Of a stretch of DNA of 64,000 nucleotides, positions 11,196-20,608 are shown piece after piece. The stretch comes from an uncultured Desulfurococcaceae archaeon (GTDB lineage Archaea > Thermoproteota > Thermoprotei_A > Sulfolobales > NBVN01): the NCBI GenBank assembly GCA_964399035.1, contig CAYNPH010000009.1, positions 73,846 to 137,845 of the forward strand, read 5' to 3'. The translations under genes were made by a program, and so were the position numbers. The notes beneath the pieces were generated by a model. That model worked only from the letters and a program-made list of their open reading frames with translations. It had not been told where the DNA came from and searched no databases. Position 1 is the first letter of the stretch. Each line of letters opens with the position of its first letter.

Positions 11196-12800
11196 TTGGT
11201 GGGTCTTTTCAGAGGCTTCCGAATGAAGCTAAAGAGGAAGAAGAAAGAGGAAGAAGAAATACTTGAGAAGGAGGAAGAAGAAATACCTAGGCTAACCCGT
11301 CGGACAAGGACATTCCTTTCGGGTAGAGGACGCCTCTTAGCATCTTACCCACTCTACGAGCCATGGGCTTATGCTTTCATAGTGGAAGATCCGCGTACTG
11401 GAAAAATAATCTATAATGTAGAGGAGGTTAGTATGAATGAAACTGAGAAAAAAACTTACAAGGAGGTCATAGATTACATAACATGGGAATTAGAGCCTCC
11501 CAAAGGATCCGTAGATCCTCGTGAGTACCTTATTCGTTATGCCCGTAAGGCAATCAGGCTCTTCCAAATAAGGTTAGGCCGTACGCCAGGTCTTTCTTGG
11601 GCTAAGATAAGTTACTATGTAGAACGAGATCTTTTAGGTTATGGACCACTAGATCCCCTATTTAGAGATCCAAACATTGAAGATATCTCATGCAACGGTG
11701 TGGGTATACCAGTTTATGTATGGCACAGAAAGTTCGAGTCATTACCTACTAATATTACCTTCGATAATGAGAATGACCTTGACGGATATATTCTAAAGTT
11801 AGCACATATGGCTGGTAAACACATATCTGTAGCCTACCCTATACTTGATGCGATACTACCGGGAGGTCACCGTGTCGCTGCAACCTTCCAGAAGGAAGTA
11901 TCCACTAAGGGTTCAACTTTTACCATACGAAAATTTAGGGCAGATCCCATAACAATCATTGACCTAATAGACTTCGGCACAATTTCTCCTGAAATAGCTG
12001 CATATTTCTGGTTAATAATGGATTACAAGATGACAACCTTAATTCTTGGCGTAACTGGTGCTGGAAAAACCAGCACGCTTAACGCTATGGCCAACCTTTT
12101 GAGACCAACGTATAAGATAGTAACCATAGAGGACACTCCAGAACTAAGGTTGCCGCAGGAAAACTGGGTTCAACTAGTTTCTAGACCCTCATACTTAGCT
12201 GCTGGTGGCATAGGTGAAATAACACTCTTTCACTTAGTTAAGGTCTCACTAAGATACAGACCCGATGTAATAGTTGTTGGTGAGGTTAGAGGTGAAGAGG
12301 CTTACGTACTTTTCCAAGCAATAGCTACAGGTCACTCAGGCATGACAACACTACACGCCGAGTCCATCGATGCAGCAGTAAAAAGGCTTACATCACCACC
12401 AATGAATATACCGCCATCATATATTCCGTTAGTTAACGTTGCAATGGTTATTAAAAGAGTAATAAAAACTGATGAAACAGGTCGACCAAGACCTGTTAGA
12501 CGAATAACAAACGTCTGGGAAATCCAAGACTATGAGAAATATAAAGAAATAGCTAGGTATGATCCTGTGCACGACAAATTTGACCTTAGATTAAATGACA
12601 GCATAGTTTTAAGGAAAATACGCGAACTCACTGGTAAATCTATCGATAATCTAATGGAAGAGGTTGCTCGAAGAAAAGCAATTTTGGAGTGGTTAGCTGC
12701 CAATCGTATAAGATCATATAGGGAAGTAGCGTCATACGTACAAAGATACTATGTTAATCCTAAGTCAGTATTACGTGAAATAGGGGTTGGTGAACTTTGA
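11196..12800 (+). CDS. Type II/IV secretion system ATPase (FlaI/UpsE/AapE-like pilus assembly ATPase)
   Basis: 534 aa with Walker A LGVTGAGKTST, Walker B/Asp-box region RPDVIVVGEVRGEEA and His box ATGHSGMTTLHA, typical of the GspE/VirB11/FlaI superfamily. The N-terminal K/E-rich tail is low complexity. The start is TTG 11196 or ATG 11223. Confidence 0.85.
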   Translation: MVGLFRGFRMKLKRKKKEEEEILEKEEEEIPRLTRRTRTFLSGRGRLLASYPLYEPWAYAFIVEDPRTGKIIYNVEEVSMNETEKKTYKEVIDYITWELEPPKGSVDPREYLIRYARKAIRLFQIRLGRTPGLSWAKISYYVERDLLGYGPLDPLFRDPNIEDISCNGVGIPVYVWHRKFESLPTNITFDNENDLDGYILKLAHMAGKHISVAYPILDAILPGGHRVAATFQKEVSTKGSTFTIRKFRADPITIIDLIDFGTISPEIAAYFWLIMDYKMTTLILGVTGAGKTSTLNAMANLLRPTYKIVTIEDTPELRLPQENWVQLVSRPSYLAAGGIGEITLFHLVKVSLRYRPDVIVVGEVRGEEAYVLFQAIATGHSGMTTLHAESIDAAVKRLTSPPMNIPPSYIPLVNVAMVIKRVIKTDETGRPRPVRRITNVWEIQDYEKYKEIARYDPVHDKFDLRLNDSIVLRKIRELTGKSIDNLMEEVARRKAILEWLAANRIRSYREVASYVQRYYVNPKSVLREIGVGEL

Positions 12801-14605
12801 CTAGCTCTCCACGGATGCCACAAGTACGGCGTCGCAAAAGAGTAACATTAAGTGAAGTATTTAATGCCCTAAGCCTAGCTCTGTTTGAAAAATGGGCCCG
12901 CCATCTAGTTCACTCATTCGAACTAGATACACTACTTCAAAAGGCAGGAATGACATGCCACCCAGTAATTTATGCGTCAAGAGTCCTCTTTGTGACAATG
13001 CTTATTCTCCTGCTCATTACCTCACCTGCAATGTTTGCTATAACCTTAATACCTGTACACTTAGTGATCAAAGTAATCCTACTAGTACTGGCTATAATAG
13101 CACCAACAATAACATTCACTATAGGACTCCTTTACCCTAACATAAAGGCGTCAACTAGGAAAATTATGGTTGACAATGAATTACCTTTCTTTATGGCGTA
13201 CGTCTCAACAATGGTGAGAGGAGGAGTTAGCGTTGACAGAGTAATAGAAAGAGTGGCGCAGTTAAAGATTTTCAAGTATTTAAGGGAGGAAGCACAACGT
13301 ATAGTACTACATATAAGGTTCTTTGGAGAGGATCCTTTAAGCGCGATTGAAAAAGTAGTTAAAAATCATCCTAGCAGTCGTTTTAGGGACCTAATGCTAG
13401 GTTATACAACTACTCTGAGAACTGGCGGTGATGTCCTACATTACCTTGAAATAAGGACACAAGAACTCTTCGCAGCCCGGATGAATGAAATAAAGTCACT
13501 TACTGAAAAGATGGGCTCCTTCCTAGAGATATATATAGTCCTAGGAGTGATAACCTCTATAACTCTGTTTGTATTCTTCGCTGTGAGCGGTGCTTTAGCT
13601 ATGGCTGGATCACAAGCAGGAGGTAGTGCATCAGTACTTAAATTATCTGCATTACGAGGCACACAGAACCTTGTCACGCCAACACTCTACAACTTCCTCG
13701 TGCTCCCCTTACTAGGAATAATGGTACTTGCAATGGCACACTCCGCACAACCGAAATCGTCGATAATTAGATATGAACCTTATTTAACACTATTAGTAGT
13801 CTCTCCTTTCGCACTAGTCACTTTTATAATAGTGCTGAGTGTGACTGGAGGCATTAGGATCTTTTCAGGCGAGTTCGGTATAAAGGAAGTAAAAGCTCTA
13901 ATAATAGCAATATCCGCAGCTCTACTAATGCTCTCTATACCGCCCTGGATTACATATGAACGGCAAGCAAAAGACACCAAAGGAATAATTAAATCAACCG
14001 CTGATTTCCTCAGGGACTTAAGTGAAGTGCGAAAGACTGGATTAAGTCCTGAGAAATGCATAATAACTCTATCTGAGCGAGATTACAGAAATTTAAACAC
14101 AGTAGTTAAACGAGCTGGGGCAGCACTAGCTACAGGTATAGGACTTGAAAGTGCCTTAAGAACTGCTCTAAAAGGGATTAAGGAATGGTTCGTAATAACT
14201 ATATTTAGGTTTTTAACGGATTCCATAACCGTGGGCGGCGGATCCCCAGAAATCATAGATGCGCTCGCTAGGTTCACGCAAAATCTTGCTGAATCTGAAG
14301 AGGAAATGCGAAAAAGATTACGGGCCTACGTCGCACTACCTTACTTTGGTGCAATCATGCTGGCTGCGGCCCCGCTAGTAATACTTTGGCTACTTGTAGC
14401 GTCAGCAAAGAGCCTAGAACCTAATGCCTTAGCGCCACTGATATTTATATTAAGTGGCGGCGCTCTAATTAACAATTATATTATGGGCATAGTAGCTGGT
14501 AAGGTAAGCAGGATGAACGTAGCTGCTGGGTTCAAGCATGCTGTATTCATGACATTAATAACAACGATAACAACAATGTTAACGTTGAAGTTCCTAGGGA
14601 TATAG
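12797..14605 (+). CDS. Polytopic pilus platform protein (FlaJ/TadC/UpsF-like, T2SS-F type)
   Basis: 602 aa with many TM helices separated by two soluble helical regions. It overlaps the ATPase gene by 4 nt (coupled). This is the classical ATPase-platform gene pair of archaeal type IV pilus-like systems. Confidence 0.75.
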   Translation: MTSSPRMPQVRRRKRVTLSEVFNALSLALFEKWARHLVHSFELDTLLQKAGMTCHPVIYASRVLFVTMLILLLITSPAMFAITLIPVHLVIKVILLVLAIIAPTITFTIGLLYPNIKASTRKIMVDNELPFFMAYVSTMVRGGVSVDRVIERVAQLKIFKYLREEAQRIVLHIRFFGEDPLSAIEKVVKNHPSSRFRDLMLGYTTTLRTGGDVLHYLEIRTQELFAARMNEIKSLTEKMGSFLEIYIVLGVITSITLFVFFAVSGALAMAGSQAGGSASVLKLSALRGTQNLVTPTLYNFLVLPLLGIMVLAMAHSAQPKSSIIRYEPYLTLLVVSPFALVTFIIVLSVTGGIRIFSGEFGIKEVKALIIAISAALLMLSIPPWITYERQAKDTKGIIKSTADFLRDLSEVRKTGLSPEKCIITLSERDYRNLNTVVKRAGAALATGIGLESALRTALKGIKEWFVITIFRFLTDSITVGGGSPEIIDALARFTQNLAESEEEMRKRLRAYVALPYFGAIMLAAAPLVILWLLVASAKSLEPNALAPLIFILSGGALINNYIMGIVAGKVSRMNVAAGFKHAVFMTLITTITTMLTLKFLGI

Positions 14606-14737
14606 CTTTCCATTATTAAACTGAACCGCGTTAATGTAAACATATTCCTACAAATAAAACATTAACGAATATCATAGCAATTAATCTAAATATTCAATTA
14701 AAGTATTATTGATTTTCAATAAGGGAAAAGTGGACGT

Positions 14738-14750
14738 AAATTAATTTAAA
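14738..14750 (+). promoter_or_regulatory. TATA-like box upstream of pilin A
   Basis: aaattaatttaaa lies about 35-45 nt upstream of ATG 14783. A G-rich stretch (agggg, 14771-14775) lies 8-12 nt upstream of the ATG. Confidence 0.35.
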
Positions 14751-14782
14751 CCCCTCCTAGCTACTGAAATAGGGGAAAATTC

Positions 14783-15202
14783 ATGGATATGCGCAAGGCT
14801 ATATCCCCAATAATAGCAACGGTAATACTAGTAGCCGTCACGTTAGTAATTGCCGTAGCCATAGTAGGATGGTTAATGGGTCTATGGGGCGGACTAGCTG
14901 GCGGATCACCAGCTATATCAATTACGAACCAGAAGCTCAATACTAATGGCACACTAATAATATATGTGAAGAACTCTGGTGGCGGATCAGATAAGCTACT
15001 TAGTGCAGAACTTCTAAGTGGCGGATCAGTCATTGGTACTAATTCAACTACTATGACGATATCGGCAAATTACGCTGGTTGGATCACAATAAACTTCAAG
15101 CTCAATACTGGCGTAACTATAAATCCTGGAGATACCTTGACTGTTAAACTGTACTTCGAAAACTCAGGCACACAGCAATTCTCTGTGACGGCCGTCGGTT
15201 AG
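14783..15202 (+). CDS. Type IV pilin-like protein with class III signal peptide (pilin A)
   Basis: The N-terminus MDMRKA/ISPIIATVILVAVTLVIAVAIVGWL is a short basic leader, a small residue, then about 22 hydrophobic residues, as in the archaeal flagellin/pilin N-terminal domain. The remainder is beta-rich with the sequons NGT and NST. Confidence 0.75.
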   Translation: MDMRKAISPIIATVILVAVTLVIAVAIVGWLMGLWGGLAGGSPAISITNQKLNTNGTLIIYVKNSGGGSDKLLSAELLSGGSVIGTNSTTMTISANYAGWITINFKLNTGVTINPGDTLTVKLYFENSGTQQFSVTAVG

Positions 15203-15431
15203 CAAACGTTAGCTGCCTTATACAATTTTTAATATCAAGCCTTTGCCGAATATTAATGTTAGCTTAGTTATATTTTTACCCTATACTTACCCTACACTGC
15301 TACTGCCTATACCGCATAAGTTAAGTCCTATTTATTTAGCGCTACACTGCTATAGTGCTAAATTTAATGATGTGAGTAAGGCACAAAGTTTTATAGTAAA
15401 ATACTCCTCCAAAGACAAAGGAGTACTCATC

Positions 15432-16655
15432 ATGAAGTCCTTCCGGCATTACGTGACTAGAAAAACCGCTGGATGCGCTGAAATCCTCTTGCCTATACTT
15501 ATGTTATTATTACTTGCATATATTGCTGGGCTTCGCCTTTCTGAAGTTGTTTTTCCTTATAGCTATAGTGATGAATATTATTACATTACAGCTGGAATTA
15601 ATTATGTAAAATATGGTAATATAGATTTAATTAACTGGGAACATCCTCCTCTAGCTAAGTACTTGATAGGGCTTTCTACAATATATTTAGGTAATCCTCA
15701 TGTGATAGTTTTTTTAGTTGGTTATCTATGTGTTATAATCTTCTTTTTCACAGTACTTACGCTTACACACAATTATTACAGGGCATTATTTAGTTCATTG
15801 CTACTATGTTCTTCTATACCATTTATTAAGACATTTAATTATGCTCTACTAGATTGTTTTGCTTTGTTTTTCTCCTCACTTGCGTTCTATTTAGCAATAC
15901 TCACATTAAATAGAGAACATGCATATACATACAGCTTTGTTGAGGGAATTCTTTGGGGATTAGCTGTAGCAAGTAAGTGGACATCATTATACTTGTTTTT
16001 AGGAAGGATAATATGCTCCCTCTTCCGGCCTACGATTAAGATCTCCTACAAAAAATATTTTATAATTTTATTTGTAATGTCCTCTATAACGTATATGTTA
16101 GCCTTCATTAGTGATTTAAATAAATCTTTCAGTGTTTTCCTCCAGCATAACATCAGGATGATATTATTTATGTTATCCCACCATTCTATAACGTTACATA
16201 CGCTCACCAAAGGACTTACACTACTTTTTTTGAAAACTACTTTCTGGCATAGACTCCCAAATGTTTTTATTACGCTGACAGTAGTTAACTCTACAGTAAT
16301 TAATCAGAGTATTACAATTACACCTGCACCATATACTCTCGAAATAGATATTTTACCAACCTTCGGTGCTTTCTTACTTCCTCTTGTACCGTTTGCGTTA
16401 GTTTATGGGATACTTCAATTTAAGAAACTAAGTACCCCACATAAATATGCCTTCATATTGGCAGTATCATCAATATTTCCGGTGCTACATGGTTCAATAC
16501 CGTGGTACTATATTTACGCTACATACTTTTGGTGCGCTTTTTTCGCAACAATGTTTCGATCTAAGTACTTAATTATTCTACTTATCATGAATATTCTGTA
16601 CTACGCTTTATTAACAAGCCTAAATTTAAATAGGTTAGTGATTTTCGGTGTGTAA
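15432..16655 (+). CDS. GT-C fold membrane glycosyltransferase (PMT/ArnT-like, GT39/GT83-type)
   Basis: Polytopic membrane protein. The first loop after TM1 carries a DE motif (YSYSDEYYY). It is followed by NWEHPPLAKYLIG, which is characteristic of PMT_2/ArnT-type enzymes. I start at ATG 15432 (MKSFRHY); the ORF-track extension from 15243 is probably non-coding because a TATA-like ttttatagtaaaat lies at about 15389-15402. Confidence 0.65.
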   Translation: MKSFRHYVTRKTAGCAEILLPILMLLLLAYIAGLRLSEVVFPYSYSDEYYYITAGINYVKYGNIDLINWEHPPLAKYLIGLSTIYLGNPHVIVFLVGYLCVIIFFFTVLTLTHNYYRALFSSLLLCSSIPFIKTFNYALLDCFALFFSSLAFYLAILTLNREHAYTYSFVEGILWGLAVASKWTSLYLFLGRIICSLFRPTIKISYKKYFIILFVMSSITYMLAFISDLNKSFSVFLQHNIRMILFMLSHHSITLHTLTKGLTLLFLKTTFWHRLPNVFITLTVVNSTVINQSITITPAPYTLEIDILPTFGAFLLPLVPFALVYGILQFKKLSTPHKYAFILAVSSIFPVLHGSIPWYYIYATYFWCAFFATMFRSKYLIILLIMNILYYALLTSLNLNRLVIFGV

Positions 16656-16753
16656 TCACCTAACTATATCGTTTTAGAGATGTTACACAATATTCAACTG
16701 AATAATAAAATATATCTTACTCGCGTAGTAATTAGCTATACGGAGGTATCCAC

Positions 16754-17206
16754 GTGAGCAGGTGTAATATTAAATTATGCAGGGGAATATCCGCGATGAT
16801 AATTGAGGTGTTAATAATAGCGCTAACTCTAATAATGGTTTCATTGGCAGTATCATGGATCATGGGATTATGGCACACTACAGAGGAAACATTTATGATT
16901 AGACCTATGATTCAAATAAGTTATGGCTCACTATCATCAAAGCCCGTGCTAAAGCTTTATATTACAAATAAGGGACAACGTGGTGACGAAATACTAAGAG
17001 TGGAGATAAAGGCTGGCTCTGGCTATTATGTTAACACAACAACATTTAATATACCTGCAGGGTTTTCAGGTCCCATACTTATCGATAAATGGAGTATTGC
17101 TGGTTCCCCTAAGTCGTTAGAACCGGGGGATAGATGCCGAATCTACATATATACTAAGGAACATGGTATGTTATTTTATGATATCGTGGTTACATCACAA
17201 GGATAG
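16754..17206 (+). CDS. Type IV pilin-like protein with class III signal peptide (pilin B)
   Basis: The N-terminus is MSRCNIKLCRG/ISAMIIEVLIIALTLIMVSLAVSWIMGLW, with a GGAGGT Shine-Dalgarno-like motif about 10 nt upstream of GTG 16754. It shares the W[LI]MGLW motif with pilin A. Confidence 0.7.
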   Translation: MSRCNIKLCRGISAMIIEVLIIALTLIMVSLAVSWIMGLWHTTEETFMIRPMIQISYGSLSSKPVLKLYITNKGQRGDEILRVEIKAGSGYYVNTTTFNIPAGFSGPILIDKWSIAGSPKSLEPGDRCRIYIYTKEHGMLFYDIVVTSQG

Positions 17207-17408
17207 ATCACGAAATATACGCATCATTGGTTGCATATTTATTGCTATGTCGGGTTGATGATCCTTGAACATCTTTTCCTTAACACAGTATAGACACAAG
17301 GAGTTAACCTAAGCACTAAGGCAGTTAGTATTAGCTTATGGTATTAATGCCATTGAGTACTGCATAGCATTTTATTCGGAGCCAGAATTTATGTATTTGG
17401 GGAATTAC

Positions 17409-18707
17409 ATGAAACTACCAGAAAAGCTTGTTCAAGTATTGGAAATAACACGTAACCATAACCGCTGGAGAAGATTTGAGTGCGTTAACTTAATAGCGTC
17501 TGAGAACGTTATGTCTCCTTTAGCTGAGGCCGCGTACTTTACCGATATGATGCACAGATATGCTGAGGGCAAGCCCGGGAAGAGGTACTATCAGGGCAAC
17601 GTATACACCGATCAGATAGAATTGCTGGTAATGGAGCTCATGTCTAACTTGCTCCAAGTTGAATATGTTGAGCCCAGACCAATAAGTGGGACTATAGCTA
17701 ATGCTGTAGTGTTTAGGAACCTTGCTAACCCGGGCGATAAGGCGTTAATAGCGCCTGTTCAGGCTGGCGCACATGTTTCACACACGCGTTTCGGCACGTT
17801 AGGTGCGCTGGGTATTAAGCAAGTAGAGTTACCTTTTGACATGGAGCGCTGGAACATAGATGTTGATAAGGCCGTTAAGATGATTGAGGAAGTGAAGCCC
17901 AAGTTCGTTACCTTAGGTGCTAGTGTCTACATGTTTCCACACCCAACCAAGGAGATAGCTGAAGCCGCGCACGCTGTTGGTGCTAAGGTAGTCCATGATG
18001 TCGCCCACGTCCTAGGGCTAATAACTGGTAAGAGGTGGCCTAACCCTGTGCACGAGGGCGCCGACGTTGCTACATCGTCAACACACAAGACATTTCCGGG
18101 CCCACAAGGTGGGCTGATATTCACAAACGACAGGGCACTATACAAGGCAGTGGCTAAGACCGTGTTCCCGTGGTTTGTCAGCAATCATCACCTCCATAGA
18201 TTACCTGCGATGGCCGTAACTGCCATTGAGATGATGGAGTTCGGTGAGGTATATGCTGACCAGATAGTGAGGAACGCTAAGGCATTTGCTGAAGCGTTGG
18301 CAGAGGAGGGCTTTAAGATACCGACGGAGCACCTAGGTTTCACACAGTCCCACACCTTCGTGGTTGACGTGCGGGAATTAGGTGGCGGAGCTAAGGCGGC
18401 CAAACTACTGGAGGACGCGAACATCATACTGAACAAGAACCTACTCCCATGGGATCCGCCTGAGGCCGTCAAGAATCCCAGTGGTTTAAGGATAGGTGTG
18501 CAGGAGATGACTAGGTTCGGCATGAAGGAAGGGGACTTCAGAGAGCTAGCTAGGTTCTTTAAAGAGGTACTAATAGAGGGCAAGGACCCGACAGAGATTA
18601 AGAAGAAAGTCATAGAATTCCGGAGGAACTTCCTAGAAGTTAAGTACGGGTACGACATACCGCAAGAGTTCAGGGACAGCTTACTGAAGGTGCCAATGCT
18701 ATTATGA
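17409..18707 (+). CDS. glyA: Serine hydroxymethyltransferase
   Basis: [11 protein letters not shown], the PLP-lysine region [13 protein letters not shown] and overall length are typical of SHMT. ATG 17409 is preferred over 17391 because a TATA-like gcattttattcgg lies at about 17369-17381. Confidence 0.9.
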   Translation: MKLPEKLVQVLEITRNHNRWRRFECVNLIASENVMSPLAEAAYFTDMMHRYAEGKPGKRYYQGNVYTDQIELLVMELMSNLLQVEYVEPRPISGTIANAVVFRNLANPGDKALIAPVQAGAHVSHTRFGTLGALGIKQVELPFDMERWNIDVDKAVKMIEEVKPKFVTLGASVYMFPHPTKEIAEAAHAVGAKVVHDVAHVLGLITGKRWPNPVHEGADVATSSTHKTFPGPQGGLIFTNDRALYKAVAKTVFPWFVSNHHLHRLPAMAVTAIEMMEFGEVYADQIVRNAKAFAEALAEEGFKIPTEHLGFTQSHTFVVDVRELGGGAKAAKLLEDANIILNKNLLPWDPPEAVKNPSGLRIGVQEMTRFGMKEGDFRELARFFKEVLIEGKDPTEIKKKVIEFRRNFLEVKYGYDIPQEFRDSLLKVPMLL

Positions 18708-19519
18708 CACCCGTCAAAAAACCTCAGGAATTCCGCTGGGATCTTTTTAAGTGGGTAGAACTCGCTGAGAACCTAAAGGGAATTAAGTATCATGTCGTTT
18801 TCTTCCCGATAGGTAGTGTGGAGCAACATGGCCCCCACCTCCCTTTAGGTCTTGACTACATCATAGCGGATGAGGTCAGTAAGAGGGCATGCCAGAGGTT
18901 ATGGGCGAACGGCGTTCTGGCGTTGAAGCTCCCCCCTCTACCCTTCGGCATGAGTAGCATGTGGGGAGCGTATCCTGGCACAATAACGCTCTCGACCGAA
19001 ACACTGTATGGCGTAGTGAAGGACATCCTGCACTCGCTATGGAAGTCGGGGGTTAGACTTGCAGTAGTAGTGAATGGGCATGCCGGTAATGCGGATCTAC
19101 TTAGGGTGGTTGCTAGGGACTCCGCCGAGGAGTTCGAGGGTTTAACCATTGCTGTAATCACTGTGTGGGAAATTGTTGGTGACCTAATCAAGGAGTTATT
19201 CCAGACGCCGTTCTTCCACGCTGACGAGGTCGAGACAAGCATTGCGTTAGCCCTTAACTTGCCCGTTAGTGAGCCTCCAAGAAACGCGCCTCAACCAACC
19301 GAGTTTAGGATGTACAACGAGGAGTGGCACTCACTAGATCTAACAACTAGGCCCAAGGTATTCGTGTATTCGAAGGAATCCTCGAAAGTCGTTGGTCTGG
19401 GCGCCTTCGGTTTGCCATCCTTAGCAACTAAGGATAAAGGACTGAAACTTCTGGAAGGGATAGAATCCAGAATCGTGAAATTCGTAACCGACCTGCTCCA
19501 TGAGCTTGGGCATAAGTGA
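18704..19519 (+). CDS. Creatininase-family amidohydrolase (archaeal ArfB-like)
   Basis: [22 protein letters not shown] and VNGHAGN are creatininase-fold signatures. It overlaps glyA by 4 nt. Confidence 0.7.
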   Translation: MTPVKKPQEFRWDLFKWVELAENLKGIKYHVVFFPIGSVEQHGPHLPLGLDYIIADEVSKRACQRLWANGVLALKLPPLPFGMSSMWGAYPGTITLSTETLYGVVKDILHSLWKSGVRLAVVVNGHAGNADLLRVVARDSAEEFEGLTIAVITVWEIVGDLIKELFQTPFFHADEVETSIALALNLPVSEPPRNAPQPTEFRMYNEEWHSLDLTTRPKVFVYSKESSKVVGLGAFGLPSLATKDKGLKLLEGIESRIVKFVTDLLHELGHK

Positions 19520-19528
19520 TTTTTAGTG

Positions 19529-20209
19529 CTAGCCTATAATCCGATATTCTCTACCTGCGTGAAGGTACACTAACCCCTCCTTGATTAAGGAATCGAGCAA
19601 GCCCCTCTCCTCGGGACTTAATTTCCCAACTTCGCTGACGCTTAATGGGAACTTTTTCTTGAATCTGTCGAGGAACTTCGGATCAACTAAGTAGTCCCCG
19701 ATGGGTATCGCTACGCCCTCATTGACATACGCCTCGATAGGTTTACTCGCAAGCTTCCTGGCCTCGCTTAGCGTGACCAGACCTTTACCAGATAAGATAC
19801 TCAGTAATGAATCGGTGACCTTCTTATCCTTCCTCTGCCTTGCCTTGTGTGTCGATATGCCCTTCTTCAGTAAGTTTATTTCCTGCTCCAGCCGATCAAC
19901 CCTAGCTTTAAGCTCCATCACCACTGATTTTAGTTCTTCAATAGTGCCGACAAGTTCAGCTACCGAAATATCGGGCCGCGAACTACTGCTTTCGCCTTGA
20001 GTCACCTCAACATCATCTAATGCTGGGAATCCCACTCTAACTAAGTAACCGCCCCTTGGTGACCGTATCACGTAACCCGCTTCCCTAAGTCTGAGTAGCG
20101 CGTAACGAACGACATTATACGGCAGACCTAAGGCGTCTGCCACCTCCCTGGGTGTGGCGCCCGGATTATTCTTCAGGAACGCTAGTACCTTTCTGTCAAC
20201 GCCGCTCAA
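19529..20209 (-). CDS. Winged-helix DNA-binding protein with central coiled coil
   Basis: The N-terminus LAFLKNNPGATPREVADALGLPYNVVRYALLRLREAGYVIRSPRGGY is a MarR/ArsR-like wHTH. It is followed by LKSVVMELKARVDRLEQEINLLKK. Confidence 0.55.
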   Translation of the reverse strand: MSGVDRKVLAFLKNNPGATPREVADALGLPYNVVRYALLRLREAGYVIRSPRGGYLVRVGFPALDDVEVTQGESSSSRPDISVAELVGTIEELKSVVMELKARVDRLEQEINLLKKGISTHKARQRKDKKVTDSLLSILSGKGLVTLSEARKLASKPIEAYVNEGVAIPIGDYLVDPKFLDRFKKKFPLSVSEVGKLSPEERGLLDSLIKEGLVYLHAGREYRIIG

Positions 20210-20263
20210 GACACCATCAAGAGATATAGGTTTGCTAACCTAATAAAGTGTGGTTGAGGGTGC

Positions 20264-20608
20264 ATGGGTAGGTCAACAGAGGAGAAGATTCGGGAGATCG
20301 TTGAACTCATTGATGAATGTGACGATTACTGGCGCAAGGCCGCATTTTACTCAGACCCTGACGTCAGCGCGCTACTCGATACCCTTTATGAAAGGTGGGA
20401 GTCCAGTAGTATGCGTGGAGTCCCTCTAGACTACGCGACCGATGATGAAGTGGACTTCCTTTACCACAAGGCTAAATCGCTAACGCGTGAGGACGCTAGG
20501 AGGAGTGAGCGTACATTCATTAAAAAGTCCATGGGTATTGATGAGGAAATCAGTAAGAGAGATAATAGTAAACGTCGTAAGAGAAGGTTTTTCGGCTTAT
20601 TCCCTTAA
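20264..20608 (+). CDS. Hypothetical protein
   Basis: 114-aa ORF, acidic with a basic C-terminal tail. It is divergent from the wHTH gene. No family was recognised. Confidence 0.35.
   Translation: MGRSTEEKIREIVELIDECDDYWRKAAFYSDPDVSALLDTLYERWESSSMRGVPLDYATDDEVDFLYHKAKSLTREDARRSERTFIKKSMGIDEEISKRDNSKRRKRRFFGLFP

Noticed and set aside
15243-15431. N-terminal extension of the GT-C ORF (TTG 15243). Analogous extensions occur at 42741-42926 (S8e), 37912-38004 (GPN GTPase), 54864-54968 (TFB-like) and 1319-1353 (Dph6-like).
   Set aside because: The extensions either overlap neighbouring genes or contain TATA-like promoter sequence. They add residues not found at the conserved N-termini of these families, so internal ATG starts were chosen.
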